A stretch of DNA of 64,000 bases from Amoebophrya sp. A120 (lineage: Eukaryota; Protista; Dinoflagellata): positions 2,656,089 through 2,720,088 of the forward strand of contig CAJINV010000001.1 of the NCBI GenBank assembly GCA_905178155.1, given 5' to 3'. The notes below the pieces were generated by a model. It searched no databases. It saw only the letters and a list, made by a program, of their open reading frames with translations, and was not told the DNA's origin. Positions within the stretch are counted from its first letter, which is position 1. Each line of letters starts with the position of its first letter. Shown piece after piece: positions 55,726-64,000 of this stretch. The translations under genes and the position numbers were made by a program.

Positions 55726-58190
55726 ATGAGCAGGTTGCTGGGCCGGATGAGCGGCGGGGGTGGGAGCACTGGCAATGGGGGACAGCCCCGTGCGAGCTTG
55801 GCAGAAGACGAACTGGTACAACAGCTGCGGAACGACTTGCAGCGCCTGCGCCTTTCCGATGGAGGTGACAGTGAGGCCAGCAGTCTGCACTTGGACCACA
55901 ATGCGGCTCCCCGTCGGTTCGCGTGGGACCCTCCGCGGGCGTCCGCCTCCGTGCCAAGCGCGCTGGCGTCGAGTGTGCCGGTGCAACTGCAGCATTCCGC
56001 CAGCTCCGTGTCGGATTTTCGCAGATCGCAGCAGCGCAGCGCGCCACCCGTAGGTGTACCTCCCGGCGGCGGAGTCTTGCAGCACTATCCGCAGTCCATG
56101 GCAGGCGAGATGATCGGGTATAATCATGCCAACGGCGGTGGTGGTGGCCCGTCGTCAGGGTCCTACAGCAATCACCAGGTAGTTGTGGACAACTACAACC
56201 AAGCCCCAAGTTCCGCAAGCAGCAGTTCTTCGCGACAGGAACGAACGAGGCGAAATGTGGCACTGCAGGTGGACCGGGAGTTAGATGGTTTTGCGAACGA
56301 GATCGACCGGAAGTTTTACCAGGACCCAAGAAAACGCGGCCGGGCCGCGGAGCAAATCGCGGGCTTTCTGACCGGCCCGTGGTCGCAGAACCAAATCCAC
56401 TACCAGCCAAATCCAGGCGGGGTGAACAACAATAGCGAGGGCGGTATTTCCTACGGCACGCTGGACGACGAGTCGCTGCCGCGGAAGCTGGCGCTGGGTG
56501 GGAAAAATTCTCTGACGAACATGGGCAACACGTGCTTCATGAACACCGGCCTGCAGTGCATGGCGCATTTGGACCCCGTGGTCGCCTTTTTCCTCAGTTC
56601 CAAGTTCAAGTACGAGCTGAACTTCGAAGCCAAGCACGGGAGCAAAGACGCCACGATAACCATCGGGTTTGCGGAGATCTTGCTCCGGCTCTGGTCGTCG
56701 CCCAGCTACCTGAACGAGAAGCAAGAGAAGAAGCTGGCGAAAAGTGGCGCGAATGGAGGACAGGGCGCGAACGACGAAGAGAGCCGTTTTGGGCTGAAAA
56801 CGACCATCATGAACACGGCGAAAAGAATACACCAGACCATGAGCGTCAACGCAAAGCGGGCGAATTCAGAAATGACAATTTTTGTCCGCCCGAACGTCCA
56901 GAGCTACGTGGAATACAAGCCGCAACGGTATATCGATTTGAATCAAAAAATTATGTATTTTTCATCGAGTTGCTGTGGCTGTGGCTCTCATGCATGGTCT
57001 GTAGTGATGTCTTAGGGTTGGGCCAGCTGCGGAACAACCGGTTGGTTTCTTGCACTCAACAGAAGGCAAAGATTTTTTTACACGCATGCACAATTTTGAA
57101 GGTATCTGAAGAAGCTCGCTGCCCACAACAAGGATCTTTTCCGGGAGAACATCGAGCAGCAAGAGGAGCAGGACGTCCAGGAGTTCATTTCGTGGCTGCT
57201 AGATATGCTGCAAGAAGACACGAACCTGGTGGACAACGCAACAAGCGCGTTGAACAAAAAGCGGTCGAGCAACGTAGCGCCGGTTAGCCGTGATTTTCGG
57301 GCGGAGGACCTCCTTGCGATCGAGCGGGAATTTGGCTCCGAATCCGCTGCGGCGCTCTGCTGGGCAAGGAGTCTTTCTATGTACCGTGGGTTCATCGTGG
57401 ATTGCTTCCAGGTACTACAGAGTGTCCAGTGTTTACTCGCTCTCGTTAACGTTAATCCAATAGATCATACTCAGTGTTTGCAAAATTAGATCAACATACT
57501 CAGTGTTTGCAAAATTATTCAAATAGCCTCGGAACTACATAGTCGTAACAAGCAATCGCATTCGGGGTGAGAAAAATGATGTCACTAACGACATACATCA
57601 CATATCAGGGCCAGTGGCGCAGTACCGTGACGTGCAACCGGTGCAAGAATTTCAGTCGATCCTACGAGCGGTTTCTGATGACCTCCTTGCCGCTTTCCCG
57701 GTCCGGCGCGACCGATTCCGTGACGCTGATGGAAGCGCTCCGCGCGTTCAGCCAGGAGGAACAGCTCGGGGAAAACGAAAAGTGGTACTGCCCGACCTGC
57801 AAGCGCAAGGAGCAAGCGACCAAGAAGATCGAGTTCTGGAAGCTGCCCTACGTCTTGATTCTGCATCTGAAACGCTTCGAGTTCGACCAGTATCGCAATC
57901 GGTGGAACAAGAACTGCGCGCGCATGAAATCGCCACTCTCCCTGGATTTGGCGGAATTTGAAGCGCCGGGGAACGGGAAACCCAACCCGACGCCGCTCCA
58001 CTACGATGTCATCTGCAGCGCCAACCACGTGGGAAACGACTTGGAGACCGGACACTACACGGCAACGTGCAGGCATCCGATAAACAAAACCTTCTACTAC
58101 TTCGACGACGACGATGTAACGAAGGATCGAGAGGAAAACGTCGTGTCGGAAAGCAGCTACGTGCTGTTTCTGGTAAACATGAGTACTTAA
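55726..58190 (+). CDS. Ubiquitin-specific protease (peptidase C19, USP2/8-like); introns 56928-57101 and 57412-57608
   Basis: Cys box NMGNTCFMNTGLQC, QDVQEF, LPYVLILHLKRF, His box NHVG..GHYTA, FDD and YVLF. Confidence 0.92.
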
Positions 58191-59630
58191 TGATAATATG
58201 TTGTAATGTTTCTGCGGTACTCTATTGTCTACATGGATTCTCATCTCAAAAAGTTGTGTGATTGTGCTTCTTTTCCTCTCAAAATCAGATGCGTCGCGCC
58301 CCGAACGGCGGCACGTTACCCCGACAAGACCTAGCGCACCCGGAAAATTGGCCGCACAAGCTGCATCCAGAGTTTCTGCGCGTTTTTCCGTCGGTCTTCG
58401 ATCGTCTGTGCGCCAACGCGGAAACGCAAGCGCAGAAAGACGCGCAAAGCAGAAGGTGATGACAAGGAAGGGCTGTTTCCAGCTGCCGGGGCGTCCGGAA
58501 AACTTTGCCGTGGCGAGCAGAAGCGTACGTCTGTGGAAAGTACTCCCGTGGTGTCGAAGTGGAAGGAAATTCCTCAATTATGCGGTCGAGCTGCTGAGTA
58601 GGTGGCGTAAGGAGTGTTTCCGGTCGCGGGAGAGAACGGCGGTCCCAGTCTTTCCGCAGGACGTACACTGTCATTAGTTGTGTGCAAAAAGAAGACCACT
58701 TGACCCTGATCAACACCGACCGGAGGACGCCGCCGCCCGAGCCTGTAGTCTATAATGGGCACGAATTTCCACCACGTGCGCGCTGCGAACAAGCTGCACT
58801 GTGTCTGTGAACAGAAGGGCGATCTTGAGAACGAGCGCGTTCTTTCTCTTCCCCTGTGGCGCGCAGTACAGCACTCGGATTTGTAGCTTCAATCCGGCCG
58901 TAGCGTTGTACGTTGATAGCGGGAGTAAAATGCCGGTCTTGCAGAAGTCCGTAGCACCGGAGAATGTCCGTGCTTCGTGATGGCACGCGAACGAATTTTT
59001 CAAAAAACTTGTGCAGGGCAGTTGGATCTGCTGCAGGGACGACCAGCACGAATAGGCACTACACGGATTTGCTCCATCTTTGCAACGTTATCAGCATGAT
59101 ATGATCTTAATCCATATGCCCCTCACCTCGTACTCACGCCGCGAGTGCAGGGGTGAGGGATGATGAGACATTTGAAACGCATGATTAATATGATACGGGT
59201 GCTATTTCTCTTTTGAGAGAGTCAAGCGAGAGCCGGCACAAGTGTTCTTGGACGTGGTATCAACTACCTAGCTTGTTTGAGATCCAGGTGAAGAAAATCG
59301 AAAGAATACTTCCTTGTGCGTTGGTCTATTGCGCTACTGACCGGTTGTTTTTTTTCCTGCGGAGAATGGCGCCATCAAGGTCAGGCTCCTCTATTGACAT
59401 CGCGCGCGATCCAGTTTTGCTTTTGCTTCCGTCCAAGGAGTTTTATAATAAAAGTTTGAGCACGTGTTGAAGTCCGGCAATCAAGATCCCAGAAAACCTC
59501 GTAGCGCGAGACAAGAGCGTCTTTTCAAGTTTGCAGCAGCTACTTAGGAAGTTTTTCTCTATGTGCACGTAGGTTTGATGAGCACGGTCACAGCGCAGTA
59601 TCACTACAGCGTATTTTTCTAGTTTTAAGA

Positions 59631-60260
59631 ATGGCGGCGCTCACGTGGAATAATGCGAAGAATCGAAGTCTGCTGGCTTGGCGTCAAAGCTTGAGTTCCG
59701 CTGTCTCGAAGCATCTCCCAGGCGCTAGCCTCACCGACTACGAAGCGTCCTGCATTCTACTACGACACAAGGACTGCGCCGGTTCTTTCAAAAAGGAAAA
59801 ATGCAGCGCAGAACCTCATCAAGAGCTTCATTCGGGACCCTGGATGGACGAAAGAGTAGCCGCTTTGGGCAAGGCTTTCGGCTCGTCTCCGGAAAGTGCG
59901 AAGCAATGTTTGCTGCTGAATGGCAACGTCCTGAGCTGGTCGGCGCAGGACATTCTGCGGCATTTCCGTAGTTTGGAAGTACTCGGCGTACCGCCCGAAG
60001 ATGCGTCTTGTTTCTTCACTGAGGAACACCGGCGAGAAGTGCAGCAAGGTTTGGAGAAGGCGGTGCGCCCCCCAGGCCCGCCGCCGCCGAGGATGGCCAC
60101 AACGAAACCCACGGGCGCAGTGCAGAGTGGCAGTGGTGGGAAGGTGCAGGAAGATGATACTGGAAAGCCAAAACTTCATCAGGACAAAGCAGCTAGTGCA
60201 CAGAATATTGAGCAGCGCGAAAGTGCTGATACGGAAACTCAAATTGGTAATGCCACTTAA
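59631..60260 (+). CDS. Hypothetical protein (weak mTERF-like segment, possible mitochondrial presequence)
   Basis: 209-aa ATG ORF containing NVLSWSAQDILRHFRSLEVLGVP. Confidence 0.45.
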   Translation: MAALTWNNAKNRSLLAWRQSLSSAVSKHLPGASLTDYEASCILLRHKDCAGSFKKEKCSAEPHQELHSGPWMDERVAALGKAFGSSPESAKQCLLLNGNVLSWSAQDILRHFRSLEVLGVPPEDASCFFTEEHRREVQQGLEKAVRPPGPPPPRMATTKPTGAVQSGSGGKVQEDDTGKPKLHQDKAASAQNIEQRESADTETQIGNAT

Positions 60261-61844
60261 GCACTGAGTATACAAAATGATCTAAGCGCCGCGCTTTGTT
60301 TCGGGGGCGAAGCTTTAATCTTGTCGTGTGTTCCAAGAGAGCCCTATGGCGCAATCTCTGAGTTCGAGTCTAAGGGGGACCTTAAAATATGTATGAGACC
60401 GACCGTGCCGCTTTCGTTTCTTTGAGTGCAGGGCGCGCGTGCATCGGATCGCTACTGCAGGACCCGCGCGAGCCGGGCCATCTTGAGCCTGCCCTGCCGG
60501 GAGGAGTCCGGGCGCCTGAGACCAGGAGGGGGGGGGCCGGCCCTGCCAAGCGTCCACGGATTGGGGCGGGCCCCGCCCCGGCCGGGCCCTTTTGCGATCT
60601 TCTCGCAACGCGGAGCCGGCTCGCCCCGCGGGCGCTCTTTCATGCGCGCCGCGCCGAAGCCCTTCCAGAACCAAAAGACGGCGGGGCGTTCGTCCTCTGG
60701 TTTGGCGTCCGTCTGCCGAACCAGTCCAGGGGGGCGCTTGCCGTGCCGGGCCAATCCGCTCGCAGGCGCGCACACCGGTCCGGCGGTTGCGCCCGCGCCC
60801 AGGCCGGTCCTTCTTGTGGGGCTTTGGCCTGTTGGTGGTGGCCGAGGGGTCGTCTAGGTTCTCAAGGAAGTGGGTCCGCGCGTGAAGGGAGTGCGATTGT
60901 GTTCACCCGGTGGGGCAACCAAGCAACAGCACCCCATGAGAAAGCTCGAAGCGCCGGCGACGTCATATGTAGCGAGGCCAGGGGCAGCGGAATGCGGGGA
61001 GAGATCGGCGAGTTCGCGCATGGTGTTCGAAAACCTCGCAAGCCCGCCGATGTATGACCCGCCGGCCGCCCCGCCCCCCCCTTCCTTGCAGGCCGCGCCC
61101 CCCCCTTCGACCGGCGAACCCCCCCGGGCGTGGGGCCGGGGCGCGCTCGCCCCGCGGCCCGCCGGCAATGTGTGCCTCAGCTTGGTGGCTCGCCTCGTGG
61201 CCTCCTTTTTCGTGCCTTGCTTTGGCCGAGGGCCGCCTGTCGCCCTTAATTCAAAGGGGTTCTGGGCCCTTCGCGGCCGCGCAGTGCGATGACACGGGCG
61301 TGGGGAGGCCCCCCGCGTACGGAAAATCAGGAAGGCGCGCGCCACCGCCATTTGGCGCCGATGGATTTTTGGCGCGCTGGCCGCTTTGGGGCGGCCTCTG
61401 TCGCTCTCCCGTGCGTCGAAGCGTTGCCCCGTTGAACGCCTCCTCGCCGAAGGGCCAGCAGGCCTGCTTCGGTTGTATGACTTGTGGGCGTCTCTGCACA
61501 GTATCACTGACCCGAGTCCAAGCGTTTATAGCGAGATCAGTTACGGCCTTCAGCTGGCATAAGAAAATAAAGCGTGACTATGTACTTACACACGCCCCAG
61601 TGTGTCTGTTCTGCTTCTGATAGATCCTGACCGGCCCGCGGGAGGGCATTCCGGCGTTCTGATGGCCAGCATTTGCAGTCGAGAGAAGTTGTTCAAATGT
61701 GGTCAATCTGGTACTCATGGTTGAGTAGTGGGTTGGGAGAGTTGTTCGATGGCTTGTTGTTCGACCTGGCTGTCCTAGTATGAAATAGCGCACCCTCACC
61801 GCTAGCTGCTAGCAGCCGCTGCCTTGAACGCAGGCAGACTGAAG

Positions 61845-64000
61845 ATGGACCATCCAAATCGCGGTCGTTCCGCAGCCCGGCAGTCGGGCAGCGTCCGTCC
61901 CACAAGCGAAGCGGCAGTTGAGCGGTCCCGCTCTCTTCCCGCGAGTAGGTGGAAATCTGGTCGCTCGCCACTGGATGACGCTCTGTCTGCTTCTCCCTCC
62001 GAGAACCTTGCCTGCAGAACCGCCGGTCGCCACCGGCGGGTACGGAACACGAGCCGAGGCAAGGCCGTGGATGGTGTGCAGCGACGTCCGAGATCACTTG
62101 TGCCGCTCGGAGATGCCGCCGTCGCGGGGTTCAAGGCAGAGCACGAAAAGCGCCCGTTCGATGTTGTGGCGTTCGTGAACCGGGAATCTGGGGGGCAAAC
62201 CGGAGTAGCGGTCTTGTATGAAGTAGAAGGCGTTATTGCCTGAGAGAGAAGGCCGCGACGCGGTTGTTACGAGCAGGCAGAGCGTGAGCAATAAGCTATT
62301 TTGTTCTCAGCTATGTGCCTATCCTTACTACACTACGCGATGCATGTGTCATTCAAAGGGAACGTACTACAGAAGCAACAGCAAGCTGCATTCGACGCTC
62401 GAAAGCAAATATTCATTCCTGTTACACTGCTTTATCGCTGTGCTGCCTTCTCTGCAGGAAGTATTTGGAATGAATTAAGCAGCTGATCAACCTACTGGGC
62501 GGTGAGCATGTGGTGAACCTCGCCGACCCCGAGGAACCCGCCGCCACCCTCGCGACTTGGGACTACCGGCTAGCGAGCGGTGTTTTCCGGGCCAACCGAG
62601 CGAGCGGCGCCTGGTCTAGTGCGGCGTCCAGTCCAGAGCGGGAGAAGAACTTGCTGCAAAATATTAAATCAACCGAGAAGCCTGTACTACACTTTGCCCA
62701 AGAGAGTACTAGACCACTGAAAGCGAAAACGAGCAGCCAAGGGTCAATCTCCAAGTCGTCCCCTGCAGCCGTGAAATTCGCTAGCGACGAGGAGAAATTA
62801 TACGAAGTGTTTGAAGACGCCGTCGAGCAGCAGTACTACCATTCCGATGATCAAGGTACAGCTACTACCTTTCCGCAAAAACTCTTCCACGACGTCGATC
62901 ACGATACTTCATCTCGCGGCATCCGGTTTCTGGTTTGCGGTGGCGATGGGACGGTGAGCTGGATTTTGAGTGAGATCGCGGCTTTCCCCGCACTTTCCGC
63001 GTACCACAATGGCGTTGCGATCTGCCCGCTCGGGACCGGAAACGACCTGGCGAGGAGTCTAGGGTGGGGGAAGGGCTTGCAGCGCTTGGAGGACCTGAAG
63101 CTCTTCCTGGAGTGGACCATGCACGCGGATGCAGTGGAACTTGACCGGTGGTGTTTAGAAGTAGAGCCGGAAGACGAGTTGCCAACCGACCACTGCTTCC
63201 ACCAATTTGAGAACTGTCTGCCGAAACGGGAAGAGGTGAACGATTTTGAACTTGAGAAGGCGTCCTCACCGCTACGCTTCTCTAGTCCGCAGCGGGAAGG
63301 GGAGGAGAATGCTGACAAGGACGAGGATCCATGCAGCACGGCAACGCCGTCCGATACGAGTCGCACGCCCGCGTCCTCGGTCCGAGAGAGGCACGGCAGG
63401 GGCAGTGGGAGTAGTAATAAAGTGGAGCCTGTTCATCTTACTAGCGTGCTTCGTCAAGTAGATCCTGTGTCAGGAACAACCGCTTCCTGGACTAAAAGCC
63501 CTAATCTCGCCTACGCGGTGCCGTTGCCGAAATACCGCGGGTATTTTCACTGCTACTTCTCCATCGGCCTGGATGCGGAAATAGCCTACCACGTGGAACG
63601 GAGCCGCAAACTTTCGGCGGTCGGCCGCCGCTTCTTCCGGGCAGGGCTGGGAAAGTGCTGCTACGGGTGGCATATCAAATCCAAATATGTCTGGGTCTGG
63701 AAGGTTCCGAACTTGTGATGCGTGTTTCGGATCCTACAAAGATCTGTGATGCATAACGTGCAAAAGGTGCCCACTTCTGGCCATGCTGAGAGGGCATTTC
63801 TCATGCAGAATACGCATCACCAAGGACCTGCAGAACCTGTGACGCTAGGCCCTGCATTCCAGACGGGGGGGAGGTTGGAAAAACTGCATGACAAATCTCA
63901 GAATCTCCCAAACCCAGACATTTTTGCATTTGATATGGCAGGGGTTTGCGAAGGTTGGCTGTTTTGCGCGCCAGTTTTGCTGCAACTCGACGCTGCTGTC
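61845..64000 (+). CDS. DGK: Diacylglycerol kinase (3'-truncated); intron about 62223-62479 plus an introner
   Basis: VVAFVNRESGGQTG, VCGGDGTVSW, PLGTGNDLARSLGWG, LDRW and YFSIGLDA. Confidence 0.92.
63673..63935. mobile_element. Introner family B (263 bp)
   Basis: Family B TIRs. TSD TGGCA. Join CYGW|QGFAK. Confidence 0.95.

Noticed and set aside
57462-57517. Two-copy repeat CATACTCAGTGTTTGCAAAATTA in a USP intron
   Set aside because: A simple local tandem duplication with no evidence of function.
918-58577. Long minus-strand ORFs (e.g. 918-1526, 39745-40647, 57585-58577)
   Set aside because: Antisense shadows of GC-rich plus-strand coding sequence.
58225-59050. Overlapping ORFs downstream of the USP gene
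   Set aside because: No recognisable motifs or consistent exon chain; possibly a decayed gene, but unsupported.
1-64000. Autonomous transposase for the introners, and assignment to a named superfamily
   Set aside because: No DDE, RT or recombinase ORF is recognisable, and I cannot match TAT termini with a 5-bp TSD confidently to a known superfamily.

Overview
Gene-dense, intron-containing eukaryotic DNA. Every gene I can recognise (about 16) lies on the + strand. Its organisation resembles the parasitic dinoflagellate Amoebophrya (Syndiniales); this taxon is my inference. The dominant feature is an invasion of coding exons by 19 complete and 1 truncated short (157-406 bp) non-autonomous inverted-repeat elements, which I group into six families (A-F). 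Almost all read 5'-TAT...ATA-3' and are flanked by a 5-bp target-site duplication (TSD). They sit in either orientation, and removing the element plus one TSD copy restores the reading frame in all 19 cases. Only 2 of 19 allow GT/GC-AG ends, so they behave as non-canonical introner introns. All six families share a repeated internal GCATNACAA-like motif, local paralogs preserve the empty target sites, one element carries a nested insertion, and two canonical introns look like decayed introners. Recognisable proteins: an EF-hand membrane protein, a secreted EEP-fold enzyme, a cytosolic carboxypeptidase that has lost its Zn ligands, a 3-copy F-box-like tandem family, a protein with a SsuA/THI5-like substrate-binding domain, a Vps72/YL1-like protein, a CK1/TTBK-like kinase, an OAS/CD-NTase-like nucleotidyltransferase with NPxHxxYWxxR repeats, a USP deubiquitinase and a diacylglycerol kinase. 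Exon joins were made by hand and have no transcript support.
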